DNA of 64,000 nucleotides, from positions 39,184,001-39,248,000 of the forward strand of contig OZ024755.1 of the NCBI GenBank assembly GCA_964016885.1. Direction: 5' to 3'. The notes under the pieces are model-generated. The model searched no databases and was not told where the DNA came from. It saw nothing but the letters and a program-made list of their open reading frames with translations. This stretch comes from Eledone cirrhosa. Its lineage: Eukaryota. Of the stretch, positions 1 through 14,570 are shown piece by piece (the stretch's first letter is position 1; the number at the start of each line of letters is the position of its first letter). The translations under genes were made by a program, and so were the position numbers.

Positions 1-70
1 TGTGTGTGTGTGTGTGTATATAAATAAAATAAAATAAAACAAGGACGAGTGGATATATATATATATATAT

Positions 71-437
71 ATAAAATAAAGTTAAATAAAAAGTAAAATG
101 TTTAAAATTTAGCTTCGTTTATTGCTGCTATATATATTTCAGTGACAGCCATCTTTGGCTGTGACCTCTTCAGGCAGTCCGAATTAGTGTGGTATAGACA
201 ACAACATATGTACTTGTCTATACCACACTAATTTGGACTGCCTGAAGAGGTCACAGCCAAAGATGGCTGTCACTGAAATATATATAGCAGCAATAAACGA
301 AGCTAAATTTTAAACATTTTACTTTTTATTTAACTTTATTTTATATTACTCCGGAGTAACCAAACCAACCTGCGCACTTCGTCGAGTGCTCCAGCCTGCA
401 TACTGAGGTGTGGTATACAACCAACATATACTCAAAA
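71..437 (+). mobile_element. (TA)n-flanked fold-back mini-element, family A (hammerhead-bearing, putative Penelope pLTR derivative)
   Basis: Near-perfect ~130-bp inverted arms (71-201 / 214-345) with a 12-nt loop, then a ~90-bp tail (TACTCC...GTCGAGTGCT...). Homologous copies at 34392 and 55729, tail fragment near 10345. Confidence 0.8.
238..290 (+). ncRNA. Minimal type-I hammerhead ribozyme motif
   Basis: ctgc-CTGAAGA-ggtcacagcc(aaagat)ggctgtcact-GAAA-tatat-ATA-gcag. Stem I ctgc/gcag, stem II, palindromic stem III, NUH triplet. Mirror copy on - strand at ~125-177. Confidence 0.8.
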
Positions 438-485
<48 letters not shown>

Positions 486-488
<3 letters not shown>

Positions 489-643
489 CAAAGGAAATGT
501 GGTAAGGAACCAAATGGACCATGACGCACCAGAGTACTCAATACTTAGGGTAGTAGAGTGGGAAATAGGAAAAAGTATGACCCCGACGGCAGAGCTCAAG
601 TCGTCGAAATGGCTTGAGCTCTGCCGTCGGGGTCATACTTTTT

Positions 644-648
<5 letters not shown>
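486..648 (-). mobile_element. (TA)n-flanked fold-back mini-element, family B
   Basis: 35-bp inverted arms (566-600 / 613-648) plus tail containing GAGTACTC. Copies at 11031, 17282, 34151. Confidence 0.75.
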
Positions 649-671
<23 letters not shown>

Positions 672-678
<7 letters not shown>

Positions 679-1095
679 TAAAATAACAGATTAAAGTTTA
701 AGCATAGAATCGGTGCTTTGTGGTTTTGTCTTTGCGTGTAATTGTTTTTCAGCTCCAAATAATGACGTATTATATTCGTTTTTTCCCCTTCTTTGCCAGG
801 GAACGTTTCCACGAACTAAAGTATCGTCTTCCTGTCTTCCTCCGGTTGCAACGTTTTTTGAAATATTCACTTCTGCGTTTACAGATTGACTTTGTTAGTT
901 TCAGAAGATCCCGTTAAGGGTAAAAGCAGCGATTCTTTGCTTAAATTTTAACCTGTTATTTTAATAAATCATTTATTGTAATTTTTTGTTGTCGTGAAAG
1001 GGACATAATCCCTTGGACTTTATCCTGTGAAGGGGAAGCTATAATATTTGGGTCTTTTGGCCCAAATATTTGAACTTTGTTTGAAACAAAATATA
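672..1095. mobile_element. TA-flanked element with ~45-bp inverted segments, family C
   Basis: ttaaaataacagattaaagtttaagcatagaatcggtgc is inverted against gcagcgattctttgcttaaattttaacctgttattttaa (926-965). Related segment at ~31060-31135. Confidence 0.55.
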
Positions 1096-1139
1096 ATTTT
1101 TTTTTTTAAACAAAAAAAAAAACAAAAAAACGCCAAAAC

Positions 1140-2060
1140 ATGGCGCCCCTCCCCCACACTCTTCGTCTCAGTGGTTTAAACGTTGCGGAAAATAACGCTG
1201 CCCTTCCCACAACAAATATGAACACCAACACGGGAAAACGAAAGGCTGGTCTCCGCATTCACAGGATCCCACCAGGACTTGACATGTGGTGGTTCCTGAG
1301 TTGTGGGACTGTGGAGGAGACGGATACCGTCCCGATAGAGGTTACAAGGACTGCTAGAGAGGACTGGTCCGGGGTTTACCTGGAGATACTTCTCAAGATC
1401 AGGCCGGAGAATATAAAAACAATCCTGGACCACATCCGTCTTCAGAACGGGACGGTGATACATATAATGACGAAGGGCAAAATGCCGCATTGTTTCGTTT
1501 GTGGAGAAACGACGCATTTGCGAAGTTTCTGCCCTCAACTAACGAAAGGTGTAAGAGGTTGAAGAGCTCTACTGCTGCCGACGCCGGGGCGAGGACCACC
1601 ACCAACACCAGCACTGGCAAAACCACCAGCAACAACACCAATGGAAACGCCACCGCCAAAATTTGCTAGCCGGGGGGAGGGAGCTGTCCAATTCCCTCTC
1701 CCCCCAAAATACACACATAAAAACATGGGCATGCCGTGGCTAATGATGCGCAGACATGCGCTGAGGCTGCGCCATCTCCAGATATTCTGCCTAAACGGTG
1801 AACAGGTGTGGTCGCCGTTTGTCAGACAGGCCTTTCCGCAGTTCGTCTTTTTGACTAAGCTGCAGTCCTGTGTTAAGAAGAGACCCAGACTGGGTGACTG
1901 GCATCTGGAATGTTGCCAGGCACTCACTGCCTTCTAACAGGCGGGCAATGCAGTCAGTGGTACTTCCACTCTCGAGTTCTATAGAGGATTAGTGGTGGGC
2001 ATGTACGACGACCTACTTGGAGAGGGTCTGGGCGTCGACGAAGTCGAACCCACCTGGACA
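1140..2060 (+). mobile_element. Internally deleted Tx1/L1-like LINE remnant (ORF1 zinc knuckle joined to ORF2 C-terminal region)
   Basis: ORF 1140-1562 ends in a CX2CX4HX4C knuckle (CFVCGETTHLRSFC). 1727-2050 (GMPWLMMRRHALRLRHL...VWSPFVR...GDWHLEC) is homologous to the ORF2 piece at 35504-36115 (-). Confidence 0.75.
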
Positions 2061-2476
2061 GGTATCATTTGTTACAAGGTTCCTCTATGTGTAATGACTG
2101 TTATATACCCTGGTCATGTGTTATATAACCTGGACAGGTGTTATATACCTTGGTCAGGTGATATAAACCCTGGTCAGGTGTTATATATCCTGGTCAGGTG
2201 TTATATACCCTGGTCAGGTGTTATATAACCTTGTCAGATGTTATATACACTTGTCAGATGTTATATACCTTGGACAGGTGTTATATACACTGGACAGGTG
2301 TTATATACATTGGTCAGATATTATGTACCCTGGTCAGATTTTATATACCCTGGACATGTGTTATATACACTGGACAGGTGTTATATACACTGGACAGGTC
2401 TTATATTCACTGGTCAAGTGTTATATACCCTTGTCAGGTGTTATATACGCTGGTCAGGTGTTATATACCCTGGACA
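2053..2476. repeat. 20-bp minisatellite (tggtcaggtgttatataccc), ~20 copies
   Basis: Direct 20-bp periodicity. Confidence 0.95.
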
Positions 2477-3162
2477 TTCTCTCATTTGACAGTCCACTCC
2501 GGACATTCTCTAGTTTGTCAGCCCTTTCAGGACATTCTCTCATTTGACAGCCCTTTCTGGATATTCTCTTATTTGACAGTCCACTCCAGACATTCTCTCA
2601 TTTGACAGTCATCACAGGAAATTCTCTAGTTTGACAGTCCACTTCGGACATCCTCTCATTTCACAGTCCTTTCAGGACATTCTCTATTTTGACACAGACA
2701 TTCTCTCATTTGACAGTCCACTCCGGGCATTCTCTAGTTTGACAGCCCTTTCAAGACATTCTCTCATTTGACAGTCCACACCGGACACTCTCTAGTTTGA
2801 CAGTCCTTTCTGGGCATTCTCTGGTTTGACAGTCCATTCAGGACATTCTCTAGATTGACAATCAACTCCGGACATTCTCTCATTTGACAGTCCATTCAAG
2901 AAATTCTCTAGTTTGACAGTCCACTCCGGACATTCTCTCATTTGACAGTCCTTTCTGGACATTCTCTCATTTGACAGTCCTTTCTGGACATTCTCTCATT
3001 TGACAGTCCATTCAGGACATTCTCTAGTTTGACAGTCCACTCCGGACATTCTCTCATTTGACAGTCCATTCAAGAAATTCTCTAGTTTGACAGTCCACTC
3101 CGGACATTCTCTCATTTGACAGTCCTTTCTGGACATTCTCTCATTTGACAGTCCATTCAGGC
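2471..3162. repeat. 29-bp minisatellite (ggacattctctcatttgacagtccactcc), ~24 copies
   Basis: Direct 29-bp periodicity, abutting the 20-bp array. Confidence 0.95.
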
Positions 3163-4022
3163 CATCTTCTGGGCATATAACATTCCTATATCTTCTGATT
3201 AGAATTAACTATTTGTTTAACGCTGGCTCATTGAAGTAGTTTTTCCCGCCAACAAAGTTTTATTCACTCAACGACGTCAGTTAAGAAGTTATAAATTGTA
3301 TCACAACAGTTTTGAGAGGAATCTTTCCCTGCAGTTTACTCTATCGTTTGGTTTAATTGTGAACATATTATACCTGTGAGCATTTTATTATAACCTTCCC
3401 TGAAATGATCTCCTAGTTGTTTATATAAAGTTATTATAACAGCCGTATAGATGTATTTAACTTCCAATACATGTCGTCACAAGTTTCTATAGGTTTCAAT
3501 GTTTTCCTATTTGAATGATTGATCTGCTGCGTAATTTCTAAACAGTTATTTAACGATAGCTACGGGAAAAGAAGAAAATTATTTTTAAAATCCGTTTTTA
3601 AACTGTTTTTAATATTCTACAGTGATGTTTGACGGACAAGTTTCAAACGAAGATTCATGAGAGTTGAATGATGATGATGATGGTGGTGGTGCGTTGAATA
3701 TATTTTATTGATTTCTCCTATGACAAATTATGTATGTTTTCCACAAATCTATTAACATTACAAGAATTCAAAGGAGTTTCTTCTGTTCTGTTATTGAAGC
3801 TGTTTCAACATGAAGCTGTTTATGTTTCGGTAAAGGATTAACGGCAGGTTTTTAACGGCTTCACATCGTTGATGGAACTATTTCCACAGACGTTTCATAT
3901 CGCGGGGGGAGATTTATATTTATTTAATTAGAAAACATAAGTGAAGGGAAGAGAGACCTTATACCACCCTAGTTATCATTCTTATTTAGTAGTAATTTCG
4001 ATGACAGCAATCAATGTGGCTG

Positions 4023-4700
<678 letters not shown>

Positions 4701-5079
4701 TTTGAGGAGATCCCAGATAAAAGTACTTTGACAAACGATTGACCGAAATTTTAATAGTGAATTGGAAAGTTGTGAAATATAATTCTGCAATCCAGGTAGA
4801 AAAGAACGAAATTTTTACTAAACATATATTTCCCTTATTTTTAACAAAACATAGTTACTAACCTATATTAACAATAACACGTCGAAATATATTTTAATCA
4901 TGTCCCTGGTCGAAAAAGTGTAGATATAGTCGTTTATTTTGTGTGACTTCTGTTTGAGATTTTAATTGGACCATTCATATATATATATATACATGTATAC
5001 AGTGTTTATATTTATACAGACATACACACACATATATATATACACACACACACATATATATACACACACACACACACAC

Positions 5080-5122
<43 letters not shown>

Positions 5123-5174
5123 CACACACACACACACACACATACATATATATATACACACACATATATACACA

Positions 5175-5307
<133 letters not shown>

Positions 5308-5787
5308 GTGTGTGTGTATATATATGTGTGTGTGTATGTATGTGTGTGTATGTGTGTATATGTATATTTATATATATTTATATCTATATCGAATTAGAAA
5401 CCCTATCTTTCAGCGCCCGGCTTTTTCTTTCATTCCCACCAAAAATATTTCTCTGTCCAAGTTTTGATCCCATCACACTTACAATAAGACACACACGTAT
5501 ACATGCACACATGCACACACGCATGCACGCACACACACACACAGACACACACATACCCCCCTCATACTCTCTAAAACCACATTCCTAAAACAGACTTACT
5601 TTTACAACCCTACAATCCCATTTAGCTCTCTCCCCCATAGAATCTGCCCCTAGCTTACACCCCCATCGCCACTGCCATCTGAACTCTTGACCAGTCCATT
5701 AACACAATTGACATATACACACATATATACAGAATAATTCCCTCTCCCTAAAAATAATTTTGTTCTGTGAAAAGACACAACTACCAT

Positions 5788-5849
<62 letters not shown>

Positions 5850-5967
5850 TATATTTTCCAATATTCCATTTTATACCCAGTCTTCTCAACAAGAAAGATT
5901 AACAGACCATCTTCGACACTTTATTTTAATTTTTAATTCTTTTTAATTCTTTTTAATTATAATATTC

Positions 5968-6015
5968 AACATTTGATAAGATGGATTACACTGATCCATC
6001 GAAACCGGTTATATT
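5968..6015 (+). ncRNA. Hammerhead motif with U3-A8 core variant (family E)
   Basis: aacat-TTGATAA-gatggatt(acact)gatccatc-GAAA-ccggtt-atatt. Degenerate homolog at 32461-32505. Confidence 0.65.
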
Positions 6016-6214
6016 TTATATATTTTATAAAAGTCTTTTTTTAAAGAAGGGATTGTTCCTCTCATTTTTTTCAATAATGTCATTTTTTTTCAGAATTGGC
6101 ACATATTGAGTAGGGGACCCTTCGGGGCAGGAAACCCATTTTGGAAAAAAAACAATGATTTTGTAAAAGTGTAGTTTTTGATGCAGCACTGAAGTAATGA
6201 CATAAATGTTATAC

Positions 6215-6265
6215 ATAACTGCTTGCTATTTAATACCCGAGCAACACCGGGTACCTCTGCTAGTA
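6215..6265 (+). mobile_element. Helitron 3' terminus
   Basis: Hairpin cccgagcaacaccggg followed by CTAGT; same motif at 18527-18556 and 32731-32759 on - strand. Confidence 0.65.
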
Positions 6266-6284
6266 TCTCTCTCTCTCTCTCTCA

Positions 6285-6351
<67 letters not shown>

Positions 6352-6354
<3 letters not shown>

Positions 6355-6620
6355 GATAACAAGTTATCTTTTTAGGTAATCCAGTTAGACGTTGTGAGTT
6401 CTCTGTACTGTGGATAGTTTAACGTACGGCGTTGTTTGACTCATCAAGAGGTTAGGTAGCGAGTTTGCAAGAATTGCCATCTTGGTTATTCTTGGAGTAA
6501 TAGTTATGAAAGAGTGAATAATAAGATGGTCGGCTGTACAAAAAAGGTTTTATTTACAGTATTAACAATTGTTTCATTGATCAGGTAAGTCTAAAGGCCG
6601 CTGATCACTCGAAGCTGCGT
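6352..6620 (-). mobile_element. TA-abutting mini-element, family F (degenerate hammerhead-like end)
   Basis: Colinear similarity with 8537-8757. - strand has gtgatcag...ctgatcaat-GAAA-caattg-tt. Confidence 0.45.
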
Positions 6621-6835
6621 CACTCGACCATAAATACATTGTAACAATAAGTTATAATACAATAAGTTATATGGTATGTTGATTATTATTCAGCAGAGTT
6701 AAGTTTATAACATTTTTGAAACACTCTACATATTTTATCTAGAGTAATATTGATATTTACAATATTAATAAATGGAAAATAATGGAAAGTATCTTTATAC
6801 CATAAATATGGTATTACAAAGCTAATCCCGATTTA

Positions 6836-6945
<110 letters not shown>

Positions 6946-7061
6946 CATACATATTATATATATATATATATATATATACATATTATATATATATACATAT
7001 ATACATATTATATATATATACATATTATATATATATACATATTATATATATATATATATAC

Positions 7062-7098
<37 letters not shown>

Positions 7099-7250
7099 TA
7101 TATATATATATATACATATTATATATATATATATATATATACATATTATATATATATATACATATTATATATATATATATATATAAATATATTATATATA
7201 TATATATATATAAATATATTATATATATATATATATATACATATACATAC

Positions 7251-7285
<35 letters not shown>

Positions 7286-7289
7286 ATAC

Positions 7290-7357
<68 letters not shown>

Positions 7358-7362
7358 CATAT

Positions 7363-7394
<32 letters not shown>

Positions 7395-7403
7395 CATACA
7401 TAT

Positions 7404-7435
<32 letters not shown>

Positions 7436-7438
7436 TAC

Positions 7439-7517
<79 letters not shown>

Positions 7518-8182
7518 TTATGCACACATATACATACAGACACACACATATATATATATATATATGTGTGAAGAAGAAGTTTATGAAACGGAAATGCGGG
7601 TATAAAGAATATATTAGGTAACAATTGTATCTATAGTGTGTGCGTTACCTATACCTCGCTATTTGTATAATATAAAAATATTATCATAAATCGTAGGTTC
7701 ACTGTAAGAGAACACACCATGTCTTCAGACCTTTGTGGTAGAATGATAGGAAAATATTTTATACACTAGATACGAGAGAAAGTAGGAGGTAGGAAGGGAA
7801 GAGGAAGAGGGAAGTGAGTAAGGGGGAGGGAGTCTTAGAATTCAAGACTGTCAGAGTAGTAGAGATTGTATAGAAGAAAATGTTTTGGCAGCAGTTAGCC
7901 AAATGAGGCGTGTTAGGGTTGGCGGGGGAAGTAAATTCTTCTAGTGGTGTTGTTTGGGCAACATTTAGTTAAAGGGGTCAATGTAGTACAGAATTACAGA
8001 CAAGTTGTTGGGGCTATTATAGTAGCAGGATATTTCTAAAGGGGTCTAAAAAACAGTGTTTAGTGCTATTATTTCTCCGGATTTTAAAGCATATTTTATT
8101 ATACGTTGAGCAATCTCCGACGTCGGTTGACTCCATCCAATGCGACTACCTAGTAACATTGGAGTACTGATTTATTAATTCT

Positions 8183-8231
<49 letters not shown>

Positions 8232-8256
8232 TTGTGCATATGCGTGTGTGTATATG

Positions 8257-8296
<40 letters not shown>

Positions 8297-8297
<1 letters not shown>

Positions 8298-8503
8298 CAT
8301 TCGCACCGTTTCCTTTCGCTATATGTCTCTCCACCACTCCCCTACACACCCTTTGAACTCTGTTCCCAAACACCTCTCACCTGAAGAAGGGCTTATGCCC
8401 GAAACGTCGTCCCCCCACCAACACCCCACTCTCCAGAGCGTGAAATTAATAAACATTCGTTGTACCGCCTCTCTGTTTTGTCCCTGTTCAAATTTTTCCA
8501 TTA
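8297..8503 (+). mobile_element. TA-flanked mini-element, family H
   Basis: Close homolog at 33300-33518; both contain the same hammerhead motif and end at (TA)n. Confidence 0.75.
8379..8410 (+). ncRNA. Minimal hammerhead motif
   Basis: ac-CTGAAGA-agggc(ttat)gccc-GAAAC-GTC-gt; palindromic ACGT stem III and GUC triplet; stem I very short. Confidence 0.75.
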
Positions 8504-8536
8504 TATATATATATATATATATATATATTAGGTTAT

Positions 8537-8757
8537 GCAAGAAACGCTTAGGATTATCCTGAGTGCAGTAATGGTTAATTACTACACTAGATAGAGTTGA
8601 CGTACGGCGAGGGGTTACTCAACGAGTTATGGAAGAATAGTTTGAAAAACTCAGTTTCTGATCCTTCTGTATTCCGGAGTGTAGATAAAGAATGAATAAT
8701 AACAGGTAGACATCATAAAAAGGTAATTTATTCCGAGTGCTTACAAATGTTTCAACA
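8537..8757 (-). mobile_element. Family F mini-element, second copy
   Basis: Similar to 6352-6575; abuts (TA)n. Confidence 0.45.
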
Positions 8758-8779
8758 GTAGTTATACAGCCTAGTCATG

Positions 8780-8847
<68 letters not shown>

Positions 8848-9475
8848 TTCCTCGATACATTGTACTTTCCATTAAATAATCCTTCCCATCTATACATATT
8901 TGTCTTATTAATTCCCTGATTTATACAATTCTATAATTGGAATCATTAACGTAACTGGTCTACTTATTTAAACTCTCAGTTTTAATCTCCAATCGCTAAA
9001 ATTAACCGCAACTCCTACTTATATACATTTCTAACCGGAATTTTTTCCTCTACCTGATATATTCCTGCCCCAAACACGCGTATGTTGTGTGCCTTCCGTG
9101 AGTGAATATACCTTAGCTTGATCCAGGCGAAGGACCATTCTCTGTTACACGATATTCTCCCCCCTCTCTGGGCCTGCTGTACAAAGGCTGGTGGGTAAAC
9201 CACCCCTTACACACTCACCACCGACTCCTATAGCAACACATACGTATACATATGTCCATACATAGATACTGTTGTTTAAAATTATACATACATAGATACT
9301 TGCATGTATGTGTTTGTGTGAGTCTATATATATATACAACTGGCTTTCCACAAAATACATATAGTTAGCACCCCAAACATATAATTGGGATTATACTAAG
9401 GTATATCCTAATGTTTGTTGAGTGAGATGGTAGCCAGTCAGAGTAAAGCTTAAGGCTTTCTCTGTTAATGTATTG

Positions 9476-9508
<33 letters not shown>

Positions 9509-10409
9509 ATATATCGGTATGTGTGTATATATATATATGTGTGTGTGAGTATATATAATGTGTGTATGTGTGTGCTGTGTATATATATATATATATATAT
9601 ATACATATGGAATGCACCTGAGCCTGTGTTTGTGCGTGTGTGCTTGCAACGATGTCCGTTGACATACACACATATGTACTTTATGCCGAAATAGGAACTG
9701 TAGTCCTTTGCATTTCCGGAACTTGACACTCGGGTTTTTGGTGTTTTACACACTTTTACCTCATTTGCTCTTAAAACGCACCACTCGATGATAGTAAAAG
9801 AATTGGAATTCTTTACATTTCTCGCTTCTGACACAGGTTTCCTACTTCAGTTAATATTTTTCAAATCTTTCAGAATTTGATATTGGTTGTAACACACACG
9901 CATTTTTATCTTTTATTTGTTTGCCCCCCCCCCCCCCCCACACACACGTTAAATGGTGGCAGGATAGATGCCAACCTACATACACAAATTCTTCTGAACA
10001 TAGCAGCAGCACACTAAAGCTGACCTGCCGGCTGAGCCCTTAACACCACTACCACTACAAACACAATGGAGGAGGTCAGCTGTACCTAAACAAAAACAAC
10101 TACAACAGATTGTCTTGCCTCAGAAAAATTTCTATAGACTTTAGACTGAAGAATGTTCTCACAACTGACCAATGGGATGCGAGAGTGCCCTATGACGCCG
10201 AAATTCGTTTGTTCTAACCCATATGATTCCAGTTCCTCGGGGAAATAACAACACTACCAGGAGCTGGACATATCGATGGATTGACGGAGTAAAACACACT
10301 TCAACAACATGTGTACCTGTCTTTTCCACACAAATTCGGACTTCCTTCCTGAGTCTGCATACTGTGGTGTGGTAAACAACCAAAATATGCTAAAAAAAAA
10401 AAATACATA

Positions 10410-10496
<87 letters not shown>

Positions 10497-10958
10497 GTAT
10501 ATATATATGTATATATATATATGTATATATATAAATATATATATATGTAAATATATATGTATATATATATATGTATATATATAAATATATATATATGTAA
10601 ATATATATGTATATATATATAAATGTATATATAAATATATATATGTATATATATACATATATATATAAATATGTATATATATATATATACATATATATAT
10701 AAATATGTATATATATATATACATATATATATAAATATGTATATATATATATATACATATATATATAAATATGTATATATATATATATATATACATATAT
10801 ATATAAATATGTATATATATATATATACATATATATATAAATATGTATATATATTTATATATATGTATATATATATATATACATATATATATAAATATGT
10901 ATATATATATATATACATATATATATAAATATGTATATATATATATATATATATATAA

Positions 10959-11030
<72 letters not shown>

Positions 11031-11035
<5 letters not shown>

Positions 11036-11149
11036 AAACAAACGAAGTGTGGTAAGGAACCAGATGGACCATAACGCACCAGAGTACTCAATACTTAGGG
11101 CTATTGCCGTCGAAACAGCTTGAGCTCTGCTGTCAGGGTTAAACATTTT

Positions 11150-11152
<3 letters not shown>
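11031..11152 (-). mobile_element. Family B mini-element, deleted copy
   Basis: Homologous to 486-648; (TA)n on both sides. Confidence 0.7.
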
Positions 11153-11213
<61 letters not shown>

Positions 11214-11219
<6 letters not shown>

Positions 11220-11468
11220 ATTAATAAATGGAAACTATATTTATAAAACCATATTTATTTCATTATATATATTTCAAGTATACCAAGTTAAATCATGGTA
11301 TGCCTTCATCAGACAAAATACAATATATAATGAAATAAATATGGTTTTATAAATATAGTTTCCATTTATTAATATTGTATATCTACTCCAAATATTTGTC
11401 GAGTGCTTTATATCAGTTGTAATAATATTTGCTTGTTGTATCCCAACAATTTAAATAGAACTTTTGCA
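11214..11468 (+). mobile_element. Fold-back mini-element, family G
   Basis: Inverted arms ~11214-11270 / 11324-11382; hammerhead on - strand at ~11258-11320; tail with GTCGAGTGCT; homologous to 16181-16620. Confidence 0.8.
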
Positions 11469-11471
11469 TAT

Positions 11472-11585
<114 letters not shown>

Positions 11586-11777
11586 TATAAACTTAAGAAA
11601 ATTAACAGAGATGACAAGACAACGGAAAGAAAAACAATACGGAAAACCATTTTTAAAGAAGAAAAAATTATATATAAATATATTATTCGCCCAATATATA
11701 CATATGTATATATGTATGTATATATATATGTATATATATATGTATATATATGTATATATTTTACTAAATATAGATAT

Positions 11778-12262
11778 TTTCCAACCCTTACCTATGGTCA
11801 TGAATCTTGGGTAATGACCGAAAGAATACGATCGCGAATACAAGGGGATGAAATGGATTCCTCTGAAGGGTTTTGGAGTAACGTTACTCGATAAAGTGCG
11901 TAGCCTGGAGATGAGAGTCACTCCTGGTAGAGCCACTACTTCTCCGAATTGAGATATCACAGCTCTGATACTATGGTCATGTGGTTAAATGTCTCAGGAA
12001 AGAATCGCCGGGCAGATTTTGCGGGCAAAAATCAACCGGCAGGAGACCCAAGGGTAGACCCCGAGCAAAATGGGTGGATAACATCCATGAGCTTGGCTGG
12101 TCATCCTTGGGTAGCCAGTTGGATCATTTGGAGACGGTTGCTTCTGACAGGACCCGCTGGAGGGAGTGTTTGAGGACTCTGCCCCCCCCCCCCCCTCCCC
12201 CAAACCCTCTCAGGAAGAAGAAGAAGAAGAAGAAGAAGAAGAAGAAGAAGAAGAAGAAGAAA
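11778..12262 (+). mobile_element. RTE-clade LINE 3' fragment with (GAA)n tail
   Basis: Frameshifted [10 protein letters not shown]..., YGHVV..., GRRPKGRPRAKWVDNI..., ASDRTRWR motifs typical of the RTE ORF C-terminus; (GAA)n at 12213-12260. Confidence 0.85.
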
Positions 12263-13035
12263 TTTATGGCTGCAGCAGATCTTTGACCACGTGATTTCCA
12301 CAAGTTTCGGTGAAATAACGCAACAAACCTTTACATATCATGTGATCTTCACTCTTTCGGGGACCCTGCATTTAATCTGAAACGCTTATATATATTTATT
12401 TATTCGTATTTTTCTTTACTCTTAATATATCCTGCCACACGAAACCACATTAGCCAGGCATTCTCGGAACGCTAGAAAACAACAAAACAACCCCCTAACA
12501 TCATCATATTAATAAAGACTTCACTTTAATTTATTGCCACGATCTGTCCACTAGTAAAGACACTACAAACATTTGAATTAACAAACACACTTTTAGATAT
12601 TTTCCATTAGATCATTACAGGAAGTTAAGAATTAAACTAGGGGCCCCCGTCGGTATCGACATAATTTCACAATGCCAGCAGGCCACAATAAATATATGCC
12701 TCTCGTTAAACAATATCAACAACGTCATTAGATTATAATCATTAAAAGAATAAGAAAATATAAGGCTTGAAGAATGTTATTCCCATGGCCATAGTTTATT
12801 AAAGATGGCGGCGTTGTTGTCTCAGTGTATGTGATAAGATAATTGAGGAGGTGTCGAGTGTTTAAAAAACTTACTATAACACACTGCTGGGGTTTGATAG
12901 CAGGGATAGTATTAGGTAATATGATCCTTTGAATGTTATTAAGGGCGATAACACATGAAACAACGCTCACCTATACACACTGACATACACACAGACATAC
13001 ACATACATATATATACACACACACAATCATACACA

Positions 13036-13103
<68 letters not shown>

Positions 13104-13158
13104 GTATATATGTATATATATTATGTGTATATACTTATATATATATCTATATCTATAC

Positions 13159-13192
<34 letters not shown>

Positions 13193-13250
13193 TATGTATA
13201 TATGTATATATATTATGTGTATATACTTATATATATATCTATATCTATAC

Positions 13251-13315
<65 letters not shown>

Positions 13316-13501
13316 GTATATATGTATATATATTATGTGTATATACTTATATATATATACATACATATATACATATGTGTATATATATATATACATACCA
13401 AACACTCATATACACACTTGATATGGGGATCTATGCAAAGTGTTTACTTTAAACAAGAGGAGCAAATTACCTGACGCACGTGAACAGCAGTTAATCAAAG
13501 T

Positions 13502-13607
13502 ATTAGTAGTAGTGGTGGTGGTGGTGGTGGTGGTGGTGGTGGTGGTAGTAGTAGTAGCAGTGGTGGTGGTGATGGTAGTGGTGGTGGTAGTGGTGGTAGT
13601 GGTGGTA

Positions 13608-13652
<45 letters not shown>

Positions 13653-13775
13653 ATGATGGTGGTGGTAGTGGTAGTAGTAGCAGTAGTATAGTGATGGTGG
13701 TGGTAGTGGACTGCGTGTAGCAGTAGTAGTAGTAGTAGCAGCAGCAGCAGTAGTAGTAGCAGTAGTAGTGGTATT
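13502..13775. repeat. (GTA)n/(GTG)n/(GCA)n trinucleotide tract
   Basis: Direct inspection. Confidence 0.95.
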
Positions 13776-13852
13776 AGCAGTATCACGAATGTGTGTTTAA
13801 ACAATTTAGTTGTTGTGTAACATGTTGTGTGAGGTTAGCCGACAAAATATCA

Positions 13853-14450
13853 GAATGGTTAGAACGTCAGATAGAATGGTAGAGTGGTTAGAACGTCAGA
13901 TAGAATGGTAGAGTGGTTAGAACGTCAGATAGAATGGTAGAGTGGTTAGAACGTCAGATAGAATGGTAGAGTGGTTAGAACGTCAGATAGAATGGTAGAG
14001 TGGTTAGAACGTCAGATAGAGTGGTAGAGTGGTTAGAACGTCAGATAGAATGGTAGAGTGGTTAGAATGTTAGATTGAATGGTAGAGTGGTTAGAACGTC
14101 AGATTGAATGGTAGAGTGGTTAGAACGTCAGATAGAGTGGTAGAGTGGTTAGAACGTCAGATAGAATGGTAGAGTGGTTAGAATGTTAGATTGAATGGTA
14201 GAGTGGTTAGAACGTCAGATTGAATGGTAGAGTCGTTAGAACGTCAGATAGAGTGGTAGAGTGGTTAGAACGTTAGAGAGAATGGTAGAGTCGTTAGAAC
14301 GTCAGATAGAATGGTAGAGTGGTTAGAACGTCAGATAGAATGGTAGAGTGGTTAGAACGTCAGATAGAATGGTAAAGTGGTTAGAACGTCAGATAGAATG
14401 GTAGAGTGGTTAGAACGTCAGATAGAATGGTAGAGTGGTTAGAACGTCAA
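13853..14450 (+). repeat. 29-bp tandem array (tagaatggtagagtggttagaacgtcaga), ~20 copies, at the head of a SINE
   Basis: 29-bp periodicity; the last unit runs into a SINE body. Confidence 0.9.
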
Positions 14451-14570
14451 ATATAGTGTTTTGTGGTATTCTGGTTCGCTGCTCTATGAGTTCAAATCCC
14501 ACCGAGCTTAATTTAGCCTTTCATCATTTCGAGGTCGATAACAAAAATGTATCAGTCCAGTATTGGGTTC
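14430..14570 (+). mobile_element. tRNA-derived SINE body
   Basis: B-box GAGTTCAAATCC followed by gcctttcatc...ggtcgataa, shared with the SINEs at 56327-57485. Confidence 0.75.

Noticed and set aside
10148-10215. CTGAAGA...GAAA as a hammerhead (also - strand near 7700-7732 and CTGATGA at 28837)
   Set aside because: No convincing stem I/II pairing could be established by eye.
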